This document shows positions 54,518 to 63,847 of a stretch of DNA of 64,000 nucleotides, in pieces. Source of the stretch: a virus; the IMG/VR virus record IMGVR_UViG_3300036766_001014, positions 16,841 to 80,840 of that record; one strand, given 5' to 3'. Made by a program: the position numbers and the translations under genes. Position 1 is the stretch's first letter; each line of letters starts with the position of its first letter. The notes beneath the pieces are model-generated. The model was given only the letters and a program-made list of their open reading frames with translations, had not been told where the DNA came from and ran no database searches.

Positions 54518-54726
54518 GCGATGGGCGGATACTGATCCGTCTCTCGGATCTGATCGAAGGCAAGAAACGGAGGTCAGCGTATAGGAGCGCGAGACGGGAA
54601 CTTATCGGATTCGAGCTGCCCAGCTCTGGGATCAGCAAGAAAAAGAGAAAGTCCCCCAAGGACAAACCAGGGCGCTTGATTGCAAGAACGCCCTTCGCAT
54701 CCAAACAACGCTGGCGAAAGTGGTGA
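54514..54726 (+). CDS. small basic head protein
   Basis: GTGA overlap; LIE followed by a K/R-rich region. Confidence 0.55.
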   Translation: MSDGRILIRLSDLIEGKKRRSAYRSARRELIGFELPSSGISKKKRKSPKDKPGRLIARTPFASKQRWRKW

Positions 54727-54727
54727 C

Positions 54728-56374
54728 ATGACCGAACTCCTGATCGATTCGATGCCGATGCTCAATGTCCATCTCCAAGAGGATGCTGGACATCCGGGCA
54801 AGATCATCATTCGTGGCCAGTTCGCCCGGTCGGACAAGGCGACGGAAAACAAGCGCCTGTATCGCGAGCGGCTTTGGCGGCGGGAGTTCGGCCGACTGTC
54901 GGAGTCGATCGCGCACCGGCGCATGTTCGGCGAGTTGGATCATCCGTCGGATGGCCGCACCAAACTTGCGCGCGTGAGCCACATCATCACGAAGCTCGAC
55001 ATCAACGGCAACGAAGTCATTGGGGAGGCCGAAGTTCTCGACACCCCTAACGGCCGCATCATGAAGGCGCTCGCCGCGGCGAATGCTCAGGTCGGTGTCA
55101 GCAGCCGTGGCTTTGGGTCTACCAAGTCGTTGCCGGATGGCACCCTGGAGGTCCAGGAAGACTTCCGGCTCGACACGTTCGACTTCGTGGCCGATCCAGC
55201 CACCAAAACCGCTTACCCCAAGGTATTCGCCGAGGAGCGCGAGCGGATGTTCGCGGGAGACGACATGACGCTGGAAGACCTCAAGCGCAACTATCCCGGT
55301 CTCGTCGAGGAGCTGTCCAAGCAACTCGTCGAGCAGACCTCTGGCACAAACATCTCTCGCGTCATCCAGGAGACCGAGGAGCGGACCACGCAGCGGCTGA
55401 CCGAGGACTTCGGCATCAAGCTGCGTCGGGCGACCGAGGTGCTTGAGGACGAGATCACCTCTCATGTCAGGAGCGACCTGCTCAGTGACCCGATGGTGGC
55501 TGGCGCCAAGCAGGTCGTCGAGCAGATCGTGGGCCTGGTGAAGTCGTACGGACTGGATCCGCAGGCGCGCGAGGACCTGGACAAGCAGACCGAGGAGATT
55601 GCCTCGCTGAAGACACGCCTGGCCGACCGTGAGCTGGAAGTGCAGAAGCTCCAGGCAGAGTCCAACGAGCTTCGCTCGCTGGCAAAGGAAGCCGCCTACC
55701 GGCTGCACCTGGAGCGTCTGGTCGGTGGCGATCCGTCGCGCGAGGCCATCGAAGCCCTCATCGGCGACGTGACGAAATTTGATACGAAGGAGGAGATTAC
55801 CTCCAAGGTCGAGACCGTGAAGGCGGAGCTGGACAAGCGCGGCGGAGCAGTGAAGCCGTCGGTGGACAAGGCTGCCGAAGAAGCGGCCGAGAGCATCGCC
55901 GCGAAGGACGATGAGATTGCGTCGCTGAGGTCGCGTCTCTCAGTGGTCGAAGCAGACAAGGCGAAAGCGTTGGATCGTGCCATGAAGGCCGATGGCACAG
56001 CTCGCAAGGCCGTGCGCGTCGCCGAGGACCTTGAGATTCAGCTCCACGTGGAAAGGCGCGTGAACGATCAGCCGTCAGAGGAGCATCGCCTTGCTCTGAG
56101 AGAGCTGTGCGAGGACGCGGCTTCGACGACAGAGGTTGATCGCATCGTGAGCCGTTTCAAACCGGCCCGGAGCATCGACGAAGATGAAGCGAGTCGGATT
56201 CGAGCCAGGGTTTCCCGTGGCAAGGGTCGCGACTTGGTGGAAGACACCAGCGGTGCCAAGGGCACCAAAGGTGTGAGCGGATCGAATGGGCGAGGGAGCG
56301 GCCCCCTCACCGAGGTCGGTCTGGACAGGGATACGTTTGAGCGACTCGCCGGTACCGGAAAAGGCCGGGCCTGA
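54728..56374 (+). CDS. prohead protease (gp21-like) fused to a scaffold domain
   Basis: N.RLY, GELDHP, TPNG, VGVSSRGFGS, FDFVADP; long coiled-coil C-terminus. Confidence 0.92.
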   Translation: MTELLIDSMPMLNVHLQEDAGHPGKIIIRGQFARSDKATENKRLYRERLWRREFGRLSESIAHRRMFGELDHPSDGRTKLARVSHIITKLDINGNEVIGEAEVLDTPNGRIMKALAAANAQVGVSSRGFGSTKSLPDGTLEVQEDFRLDTFDFVADPATKTAYPKVFAEERERMFAGDDMTLEDLKRNYPGLVEELSKQLVEQTSGTNISRVIQETEERTTQRLTEDFGIKLRRATEVLEDEITSHVRSDLLSDPMVAGAKQVVEQIVGLVKSYGLDPQAREDLDKQTEEIASLKTRLADRELEVQKLQAESNELRSLAKEAAYRLHLERLVGGDPSREAIEALIGDVTKFDTKEEITSKVETVKAELDKRGGAVKPSVDKAAEEAAESIAAKDDEIASLRSRLSVVEADKAKALDRAMKADGTARKAVRVAEDLEIQLHVERRVNDQPSEEHRLALRELCEDAASTTEVDRIVSRFKPARSIDEDEASRIRARVSRGKGRDLVEDTSGAKGTKGVSGSNGRGSGPLTEVGLDRDTFERLAGTGKGRA

Positions 56375-56444
56375 GTACGAAAAGTTGAAAGACTGAAACG
56401 GGTACTGTAGGCCCAAAATAGGCCGGTTCATCGGAGGACAGCAG

Positions 56445-57935
56445 ATGGAAGCGCGAAATATGACTGAAGCCAAGTCCGTGCGAGATGACTCGTACGGTGC
56501 GTTACTTGAAGACAAGTGGGGCAACTTTCTCGAAGGCGTCAACGAGCCGTACACGCGGCGCGTCATGTCGTTGCTGTACGAGAACCAGTTCGAGGACATG
56601 CGGCACCAGCTCCAGGAAGACACCCTCGCGTCCAACGCGGGGACGTACACCAAGTACATCTTCCCGGTCCTGCGGCGCGTGTTCCCGAACCTGATCGCCA
56701 ACGAGATCGTCTCGGTGCAACCGATGACGGCACCGGTCGGCGCGGTGTTCTTCTTTGAGTACAAGCACGGCAAGAGCAAGGGCAGGACGGCGGCTGGCAC
56801 CAACCTGATCCAGAACTTCGACCGCGACTTCTCATCGGAAAAGGTGAGCGGCGAGCAGCTGGCGGTTCCGGATGGCGTCAAGTTCGGCGGCGCAGGCGCT
56901 GCGCTCTCGGTGATCCTCCAGTACAGCCCGGTTCGACCGCTCGACGCGGCCAACGGGATCGCACTGGTGATCGAAGACCTCGACGCGGACGGCACTGTCG
57001 TGCAGTCGGCGACCGACGACGGCGCGGGCGGGTTCACCGGCGATGTGGCAAGCGGCTCGGTCAACTACGCGACCGGCCAGGTGACCAACTTCAAGTTCAC
57101 GGCCGCTCCGACCGCGGGCGCAGGTCGTTCCATCAGGACCACCTACGTCTACGACTCTGAAGCCAACAAGCAGGTGCCCGACATCTTCTTGGACATCGAC
57201 TTCCAAGAAATTCGCGCCACAACGCGCAAGCTCAAGGCTCGTTGGTCGGCAGAAGCGTCGGATGACCTTCGCGCGTTCCATGGTGTCGATGCAGAGACCG
57301 AGTTGGTGGCTGGTATCAGCCAGGAGATCGGCCTTGAGTTGGACCGCGACATCCTGAACCAGCTGTTCCAGGCGTCGGCTTCAACCATTTCGACCTTCGA
57401 TTTCACCGTGCCAGCTGGCTTGGCCGAGGTTGACCATATTCGCGCCTGCTTGACGCGGATGTCGGCGGTCAGCTTCCTCATCCACAAGAAGACCTTGCGC
57501 GCTCCTGCCAACTGGTACGTGACCTCGCCCGAGGTTTCGGCCAAGCTCGTGCAGCTCCAGAGCCACGGTGACTACCGTGCGAACTGGACCTCGGGCAGCG
57601 AGAATCCGTATGGACCGTTCGATGGCGTCCAGACGCCGCCGAGCTACGGACCGATCAGCAGCCACCAGGGCATCCTCAAGATGGGTATGCTGAGCAACAA
57701 GTGGTGGGGCTACCAGGATCCGTTCTTCGCGTTCAACCAGATCATGCTCGGCCTTCGCGGTCAGAGCTACCTCGACGCTGGCTTCGTCTTTGCGCCATAC
57801 GTGCCGCTCCAGATGACGCCGACGTTCCTCGACCCAGAGGACCAGACCTATCGTAAGGGCATGCGCACGCGCTATGCGACCAAGCGTCTTCGTGACGAGT
57901 GGTACGGCCGCGTGACGATCACCGGCGGCCTCTGA
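56445..57935 (+). CDS. major capsid protein (T4 gp23-like)
   Basis: PVLRRVFPNLIA..VSVQPM..P.G.VF; TRKLKARWS.E..DL.A.HG.DAE.EL; DAG..APYVPL; TRYA. Confidence 0.97.
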   Translation: MEARNMTEAKSVRDDSYGALLEDKWGNFLEGVNEPYTRRVMSLLYENQFEDMRHQLQEDTLASNAGTYTKYIFPVLRRVFPNLIANEIVSVQPMTAPVGAVFFFEYKHGKSKGRTAAGTNLIQNFDRDFSSEKVSGEQLAVPDGVKFGGAGAALSVILQYSPVRPLDAANGIALVIEDLDADGTVVQSATDDGAGGFTGDVASGSVNYATGQVTNFKFTAAPTAGAGRSIRTTYVYDSEANKQVPDIFLDIDFQEIRATTRKLKARWSAEASDDLRAFHGVDAETELVAGISQEIGLELDRDILNQLFQASASTISTFDFTVPAGLAEVDHIRACLTRMSAVSFLIHKKTLRAPANWYVTSPEVSAKLVQLQSHGDYRANWTSGSENPYGPFDGVQTPPSYGPISSHQGILKMGMLSNKWWGYQDPFFAFNQIMLGLRGQSYLDAGFVFAPYVPLQMTPTFLDPEDQTYRKGMRTRYATKRLRDEWYGRVTITGGL

Positions 57936-57973
57936 TCAAGAGGCGGTCCCTGACGGGGCCATGAGCCTGGAAG

Positions 57974-58008
57974 CGGGAGGGCGTCGGACAACCGGCCCCT
58001 CCCGTTTT
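57974..58008 (+). terminator. intrinsic terminator after the major capsid gene
   Basis: CGGGAGGG-C-GTCGG-ACAA-CCGGC-CCCTCCCG-TTTT. Confidence 0.8.
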
Positions 58009-58036
58009 CATGTCCTGAAGATGCGAGGAGAGTGAC

Positions 58037-58393
58037 ATGGGCAAGCAAATTGATGAGAAGTCCGGTTTTGATCCCAGCTTCATGATGAAGCTTCACGACA
58101 TGCGCAAGCAGTCGGAGAAGGCTGACAAGGAGAAGGAAGCCAAGGGGAAGAAGAAGCCTCCGGCGTCGGCGAAGAAAGAGGAGCTGCTGCGCGAGCTGGA
58201 GCGCCTCGAATCGACACCGTCGCCCTTCCCCGAGGCGCGCGAGCGTCGCATGGAGCAGCTGCGCACCATCCTGGAGCGTGGCGGCGGCATGGATCCCAGC
58301 TTCATGATGAAGCTGAGCGATCTGCGCAAGAAGAAGGAAGCTGAGGACGAGAAGGAGGCCGCCAAGGCCAAGGGCGGCAAAAAGAAGAAGTGA
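58037..58393 (+). CDS. small basic protein with a duplicated DPSFMMKL module
   Basis: GAGGAG RBS; 23-nt repeat at 58070-58092 and 58292-58314. Confidence 0.7.
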   Translation: MGKQIDEKSGFDPSFMMKLHDMRKQSEKADKEKEAKGKKKPPASAKKEELLRELERLESTPSPFPEARERRMEQLRTILERGGGMDPSFMMKLSDLRKKKEAEDEKEAAKAKGGKKKK

Positions 58394-58992
58394 TGGGCCA
58401 GACTCGGGAACAGATGTTGGCCGAGGCCCTCGCGCGCGTGAATGCGCCGGGGGAACTCGTTCCGTTCGTCGCCGAGGCCCTGGGGGTGCCAGAGAGCGTT
58501 GCCGAGTACGCGATCGATGAGGCGCTGTGCGAGCCAGGGGAATCTGCGGGCCTTCAGGAAAATTTGATGGCCATGGCGGTCATACACCAGCTCGCCAAAT
58601 CGGCAGCGAAGCGTCCGGCAGACAGCGCCTTGTCCGACCGGTCGTGGAAATCGCGTACCAAGTACAACGACCTCGAACGAAAGCATAAAAATGCGCGCAA
58701 GGCCGCGTCTGGGCGGAGCCTTTCCTTCGTGGGCAAAGGCAGCGAGGGCGAGGCCAAGAAGGTCTTGAGCCGATACGACCGGTTCAAGCGGCACATGGGC
58801 GTCAAGCATGTGGCCGGAAAAGCGCGCGAGCTGGCTGGCAAGATCAGCTCCGCCGCCAAGCGCGGCATGAAAATGGTCTTCGGGAAGTGGCAGAAAGTGG
58901 AAGCCGCTGAGATGCGCCGAGAGCTTAGACGCCTCGAATCGACACCGTCGCCCTTCCCCGAGGCGCGCGAGCGTCGCGTGGAGCAGCTGCGC
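58202..58992 (+). repeat. 63-bp direct repeat shared by two adjacent genes (58202-58264 and 58930-58992)
   Basis: Identical except one base; encodes RLESTPSPFPEARERRxEQLR. Confidence 0.9.
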
Positions 58993-59319
58993 GAGGACCT
59001 GAAGGAGTGGGATCCCGGCGCTTACAAAAACAGCGCTCCGCCAGCAGGCAGCATCATCATCGACAAGGGATCGTATACGGGATGGGTCTCAAAGACCGGG
59101 TTCTATCTTGAATACGACGACCTCGACCACGTGCTTGAAGCCAAATCCAAGCAAGACGCCGCAAAGCTCTATGCGATCGTGTCGAAGGACAAGAAGGCGT
59201 TCGCGGACATCTGGAAACACGAGCAGCACTCCACCGATCCTTCTAAGCGGAAGCCTGGGATGAGGGAGTGGCTGGAAAGCAAGGGCATCGACTACTATTT
59301 CAACAAGGGTTACCACTGA
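58390..59319 (+). CDS. multidomain putative internal head protein
   Basis: Segments delimited by LQE/KVE/LKE; contains the repeat module. Confidence 0.65.
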   Translation: MMGQTREQMLAEALARVNAPGELVPFVAEALGVPESVAEYAIDEALCEPGESAGLQENLMAMAVIHQLAKSAAKRPADSALSDRSWKSRTKYNDLERKHKNARKAASGRSLSFVGKGSEGEAKKVLSRYDRFKRHMGVKHVAGKARELAGKISSAAKRGMKMVFGKWQKVEAAEMRRELRRLESTPSPFPEARERRVEQLREDLKEWDPGAYKNSAPPAGSIIIDKGSYTGWVSKTGFYLEYDDLDHVLEAKSKQDAAKLYAIVSKDKKAFADIWKHEQHSTDPSKRKPGMREWLESKGIDYYFNKGYH

Positions 59320-59336
59320 AGGGCAAGGCCGGAGAT

Positions 59337-60239
59337 ATGCTGATCGAACGAAAAACATACGGCGCTGGTTACGGAATCGCGTCGATGGAGCGCGATCTGT
59401 TCGAGGAGGCTCAGGCTGCCCGTGAGCTGCGCGAGGGCATGGCCAAGCCGCGCACCGGCGACACCGTCTGGTACGGCGGCGAAAAGGCCAAAATCACGGA
59501 CGCTCGCCCGGATCCGCAGTACGGCGGCTGGAAGGTTGAGCTGGACGTCGGCGGGCAGACGGTCACCGTCAACCCTGGCCTCAGTTTGGAGTTCGGCTCA
59601 AAGAACGACCAGCAGACCAAGAGGAAGCGCCAGACGCTCTTGCAGGCGCTCCGCGGCGCCGTGAGCAAGGGTGGCCAGGGCATGCCGGACAGCGCGTTTT
59701 CGGTCAACCCAGTGGGCGAGGCGAAGCCCTCGACGGCCGATCAGCACCAGCTCAGGATCCTCAAGGACACGGTGAAGAATCCGCTGAAGGGCAAGTTCTT
59801 GGGCGGGCCGAGCGCTGACGAGGCCGAGAAGACCCTTCGGTCGAAGTTCGGGTTCACGGACGCGCAGATCAGCAAGCTGAAGGAATCGACGGGAGCTGGA
59901 CTGGCCTCGAAGATCCGTCGGTTGATGGACGAAGGCACGCCCGGCGTAGCTGGCGAGCATCCCGGCAAGCAGCCGCAGCCGAGCCCGACCGACTACAAGG
60001 AGAAGTCGATCGGCGAGATCGCCTCGGTCATCCGCAAGCAGTGGCAGTCGGTCAACTTCGCGGCCAAGCCGTACCTCGATGCGATGATGGGCATGGAGAA
60101 GATCGATGACACGTATGGCGACGACCAGGGGCGCAGCATTGTGTCCTACTTCCTCGGCAACGCCAGTCAGTTCAAGGGACCCGAGGCCAAGGTCATCAAG
60201 GCGGAGTTGAGCCGCCGCGTGAAGTCTCGGCCGCGATAA
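59337..60239 (+). CDS. multidomain putative internal head protein
   Basis: GGAGA RBS; LRE/VGE/LKE/MDE sites; C-terminal EIA..IR..W..AKPYLDAM...YFLGNA domain. Confidence 0.7.
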   Translation: MLIERKTYGAGYGIASMERDLFEEAQAARELREGMAKPRTGDTVWYGGEKAKITDARPDPQYGGWKVELDVGGQTVTVNPGLSLEFGSKNDQQTKRKRQTLLQALRGAVSKGGQGMPDSAFSVNPVGEAKPSTADQHQLRILKDTVKNPLKGKFLGGPSADEAEKTLRSKFGFTDAQISKLKESTGAGLASKIRRLMDEGTPGVAGEHPGKQPQPSPTDYKEKSIGEIASVIRKQWQSVNFAAKPYLDAMMGMEKIDDTYGDDQGRSIVSYFLGNASQFKGPEAKVIKAELSRRVKSRPR

Positions 60240-60251
60240 ATAGGAGCGAGC

Positions 60252-60683
60252 ATGCCGACATACAAGAAAGCACCAGCCTTCCGAGGCAAGGACGTTGTCC
60301 TGAGCATCGGAAGAACACAGATTCGGGTCGAGGATGACAGGGAGTACACCGATCAGCGATTCGGCAAGTTCGTTCGCTACGGCTTCGTGGTCGAGGTTCA
60401 GTCCGCTCCGTTGGTCGAGCCAGCGGTGGCAGAAGATCCTCCGTCACCGGCGCCGAGCGCCGACACGGTTGAACCGAACCAGAGCGCCGACACGGTTGAG
60501 CCGAATCAGGGCGACGACGCGATTGACTCGAACCAGGGCGCTGAGTCGGATGAACTCGATGGCGAAGACGATGACATCGCAAGCGACGACAGCGCAGGCG
60601 CTGACGAGGATCAGTCTGCGCAAGATGGCGCATCAAGTGCGGTTGAGAAGCCGCGCAAGAGGCAAAAGAAGCCAAAGAAGTAG
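60252..60683 (+). CDS. hypothetical protein with acidic low-complexity region
   Basis: AGGAG RBS. Confidence 0.65.
   Translation: MPTYKKAPAFRGKDVVLSIGRTQIRVEDDREYTDQRFGKFVRYGFVVEVQSAPLVEPAVAEDPPSPAPSADTVEPNQSADTVEPNQGDDAIDSNQGAESDELDGEDDDIASDDSAGADEDQSAQDGASSAVEKPRKRQKKPKK
60456..60509 (+). repeat. 27-bp tandem repeat x2 (SADTVEPNQ)
   Basis: AGCGCCGACACGGTTGARCCGAAYCAG twice. Confidence 0.8.
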
Positions 60684-60698
60684 TAGGCTGGTCGAGCG

Positions 60699-61487
60699 AT
60701 GACGCCGTCCTTCGATCCACTGAACAGGGCCGATGCGATTAGCTGGCTCAAGAGGAGCCTTGGCGGCGGCATTGTGGTCATCGAGCTGTGCCAGGATCAC
60801 TTCGAGGATTCCTTCGCGGACGCCATCCGCTGGTACACTGGTCGCAACGGCATCAAGCGACGAGCGGCTCAGAATATCGTCGGCGGCATCCAGGAATACC
60901 AGATGCCGGACGACTGCGATGAGTTGCTGGAGGTCTGGTTTCCTGGTGTCCAGATCGACCTCATCGCCGCGATCAACCCATACGCTTTCATCGACGTCGA
61001 TCAGCTGCCGATCGCCTCGCAGTCGCTGACCGGAGTCCCAGGTGGGTCGTTTTACGGCACGCTGGAGCTGATGCTGGCGCACGCCTCGACGGCGCGGCGC
61101 GTTACTGGCAGCGAACCGGCGTGGGAGTATTTCAAGGACACCAACACGTTGCACATTGCCCCTCGCAATCAGCGCGGAGGGCTGGCGATCGCCAAGTACA
61201 TCAGCACAACGCTTGTGTGCGACGATCCGATCCCTCCGGCATTGATTCCGAAAAACGACTTCAGGCGCCTGCGATACAGGCACCGTGAGCTGATCCTGCG
61301 CTACGCGCTTGCCAAGGTGAAAGAGCGCCTGGGCAGGGTGCGCGGCAAGTACAGTGATCTGCCGTCCTCTGGCGGAGCCAGGACGCTCGACGGGGAGACT
61401 TTGCTGGCCGAGTCGAAGGAGGAAGTGACCACGCTCAACGAGGAGATCATGGAGCTGAACGAAGGCGTTCCGTTCCTGATCGGCTGA
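60699..61487 (+). CDS. neck/head-tail adaptor (T4 gp13-like)
   Basis: LKRSLGG.IV.IEL; YALA..KE.LGRVRGKY; LDGE.L..E; PFLIG. Confidence 0.85.
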   Translation: MTPSFDPLNRADAISWLKRSLGGGIVVIELCQDHFEDSFADAIRWYTGRNGIKRRAAQNIVGGIQEYQMPDDCDELLEVWFPGVQIDLIAAINPYAFIDVDQLPIASQSLTGVPGGSFYGTLELMLAHASTARRVTGSEPAWEYFKDTNTLHIAPRNQRGGLAIAKYISTTLVCDDPIPPALIPKNDFRRLRYRHRELILRYALAKVKERLGRVRGKYSDLPSSGGARTLDGETLLAESKEEVTTLNEEIMELNEGVPFLIG

Positions 61488-61490
61488 GCC

Positions 61491-62150
61491 ATGAATCCAA
61501 TCTCGATCGCAGACCTGATCGACGAGGCTGATAAGGCAGCTTCGCCAGAGTACAGAGCTGGCTACGATCGAATCTTCGGCAAGAAGAAGCGACCAAAGAA
61601 AGCCGTCGCGCCACCGGACACAAAGAAGGCCGCTAAGCCGAAGACGCCGGAAGCCGAGAGAGCGAAGGCTCTCAAGCAGCAGCAGTCTCGACAGAAGGTT
61701 GCCAAGACGCGCGATAAAAAGGTGCGCGCGAAGGAGAAGTCCGGAGCCGAGCAAGCGAGCGCAGCTCGACTCGCAAAGCAAGCCGAGATCAAGCAGTCCG
61801 CCGCGAAGAAGTCTGGGGTGGAGAAAAAGCAGGGCCTCAACACGATCCCAGCTCAGATCGCGCACTGCATGATGGCGCTGCACGTGAAGCGCAAGAAGTC
61901 GAAGGAGGCCGCGTGGAACATCTGCCGATGGGCCATGACCAAGTACGGCTATCTCAGCGGCCCATACAGGGTCAACACCAAGATGCCAAAGGCCGTGAAG
62001 CAGACCGGCAAAGGCAGCAGGCGATCGTTCCAGCACGGCATGGAAAAGAAGCCACTGAATGGCGGCGTCCCTGGGAATGGCGGGACCAAGTTCGCGAGGT
62101 TTGTTACGATGTTCAAGACCCTCGAACCCAAGATTCTTCTGAAGAAGTAG
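61491..62150 (+). CDS. basic Lys/Ala-rich hypothetical protein
   Basis: IDE followed by a K-rich region; AWNIC motif. Confidence 0.65.
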   Translation: MNPISIADLIDEADKAASPEYRAGYDRIFGKKKRPKKAVAPPDTKKAAKPKTPEAERAKALKQQQSRQKVAKTRDKKVRAKEKSGAEQASAARLAKQAEIKQSAAKKSGVEKKQGLNTIPAQIAHCMMALHVKRKKSKEAAWNICRWAMTKYGYLSGPYRVNTKMPKAVKQTGKGSRRSFQHGMEKKPLNGGVPGNGGTKFARFVTMFKTLEPKILLKK

Positions 62151-62540
62151 ATGCCCAAGACATACCACTCCACGAACGGCCGATTCTGTCCGCCGGATTC
62201 CGCGAAGACGGTCATCAAGGATGGCGAGCGCTTCAAGGTCGTGCGTCAGCACCGGCGAATGAAGCCGAAGAAGGAGGCGCTGGAGCGACCATCCGGGTCT
62301 GACCGGTGGATTCCGCTGCCGGAAGTGATCGCGGCCTTTGGCGTGGTGGAGCGCAGCGATCGGCCGATGATCTCTCGCCCCCAGAAGTGTAAATACTGCG
62401 ATTCGCCAGCAAACAAGGCGATGATCTGGGCCGATGGCAGGGCGTACGTTCCAGTCTGTGGCGATGAACATCTTGCCAAGGCTCGCAAGCAAGTCGGCGA
62501 TCACGGTGTCACCACTCGGCCGATCCCGGTGGACCAATGA
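62151..62540 (+). CDS. hypothetical Zn-binding protein
   Basis: CKYC...VC..H. Confidence 0.6.
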   Translation: MPKTYHSTNGRFCPPDSAKTVIKDGERFKVVRQHRRMKPKKEALERPSGSDRWIPLPEVIAAFGVVERSDRPMISRPQKCKYCDSPANKAMIWADGRAYVPVCGDEHLAKARKQVGDHGVTTRPIPVDQ

Positions 62541-63160
62541 GCTGCAAGGACACATCGCTCCAGATCGCGTGCCAGGACACGACCCTCGGCGGGACCGGTG
62601 CAGGCGGCGCCGCCAACGTGCCAAACATCTTTCCCGGCGGCGGGGGCGGCGTTCCAGCCGAGCTGCCGCTGTGGGACTCGGTTGCCACGGAGCCCGCGAA
62701 GCTATCCGGCGCATCGTTCCGAATTTACTCGGTGCGCAGGGCCAAGAACCGACACCCGCTGTACGCAGAATCGTCGGCCAACGGGAACTGGGAGTACCAC
62801 GGCCCATGGGAGATGATGGGCGCGTTCATGTTCGATCAGACCGGCGACACGCAGGCCGCCGCCGAGGACTCTGGTCTTCAGCGTAGCGCAACCGCGACGC
62901 TCTCTGTGTCGCGCAAAGAGTTCGAGCTGGCCGATGCTCCGGAGCCGAAGATTGGCGACGTCATTCACCTTTGGAACAACAGGCCGTTCAGTTCCGATTA
63001 TCAGTTCTGGGACGTAGTGAAATCGGATCGCGACGGCGGCATTTTCACGAGCGAAGCGTTCGTGCAGTGGACGCTTGCGCTTGCGCGCAGGACGACGTTC
63101 GATCCTGGTCGCAAGATTCTTGGCCTGGACGTCGTTACGCCGACACACGAGGACCGATGA
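62537..63160 (+). CDS. head closure/neck protein (gp14-like)
   Basis: HPLYAE, PKIGDVI; position after the gp13-like gene. Confidence 0.7.
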   Translation: MSCKDTSLQIACQDTTLGGTGAGGAANVPNIFPGGGGGVPAELPLWDSVATEPAKLSGASFRIYSVRRAKNRHPLYAESSANGNWEYHGPWEMMGAFMFDQTGDTQAAAEDSGLQRSATATLSVSRKEFELADAPEPKIGDVIHLWNNRPFSSDYQFWDVVKSDRDGGIFTSEAFVQWTLALARRTTFDPGRKILGLDVVTPTHEDR

Positions 63161-63468
63161 GCTGGGCGTGTCAGCTCGACGCTGCGATGGCAGAAGGCTT
63201 TCATCTGCCGTACGCGGCTGGTCAAGAAGTCGAGATCCGCACGCGCGCAGGCGCGTTGGTAGCTCGGGGCGTTGTGCTCGGCGTCTCGGATGAGACCAGG
63301 TCGGTGATGATCATGGACAGGGCGTCTGGCACCGATCTCCAGATCGAGCTGGATCCGAAAATGTACGACATCCGCAAGATGACACGGGGAGGCTCGGCGG
63401 ACGTTCCGTCGCTGGGAATTCAGCCGAGCCTATCGTCCGCCCCGAGTCGGCCCGGCCGAGACGCTTGA
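63157..63468 (+). CDS. small SH3-like hypothetical protein
   Basis: ATGA overlap. Confidence 0.55.
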   Translation: MSWACQLDAAMAEGFHLPYAAGQEVEIRTRAGALVARGVVLGVSDETRSVMIMDRASGTDLQIELDPKMYDIRKMTRGGSADVPSLGIQPSLSSAPSRPGRDA

Positions 63469-63496
63469 GGCGGCACCGGAATGAGCTGAGCAAAGG

Positions 63497-63847
63497 ATGA
63501 GCGACAACGCGAAGAAATTCATGGCGCAGGGGTACGCCTTCCCATGCGCGTGCTGCGCGAAGCTCTGGCGGGCCATGGCGCGCGGCATGGAAACGTGCGA
63601 GGCCGTCTTCGGCAACCAGGACTGCGGCGGCCCAGTCTCCGGGATGTCCTATCCGCTGTATGAAGGCCCGCTTAGCGAGTCAGCGTTGGCAACCTATTGC
63701 TGCTTCTGCGGAGAGCGTGCGGCCGAGGCCGTGACGTCGGTCTGCCAGCCGACGCGGTTCGTTGGCATTTGTTCGCGCCATGCCCCGACCATCGATCGGT
63801 TGGTGGTGGCGACCGAGCTGTCGCGCAGAAGGGTGTCCAATGGCTAA
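63497..63847 (+). CDS. Cys-rich hypothetical protein
   Basis: CACC, CGGP, CCFCG, IC..H. Confidence 0.65.
   Translation: MSDNAKKFMAQGYAFPCACCAKLWRAMARGMETCEAVFGNQDCGGPVSGMSYPLYEGPLSESALATYCCFCGERAAEAVTSVCQPTRFVGICSRHAPTIDRLVVATELSRRRVSNG

Noticed and set aside
60633-62807. 724-aa minus-strand ORF and other long antisense ORFs (e.g. 9186-10568, 24138-25298, 45470-46546, 54632-55708)
   Set aside because: They shadow well-supported plus-strand genes. Long stop-free antisense frames are expected at high GC3, and they show no recognisable motifs, unlike the 39270 ORF.
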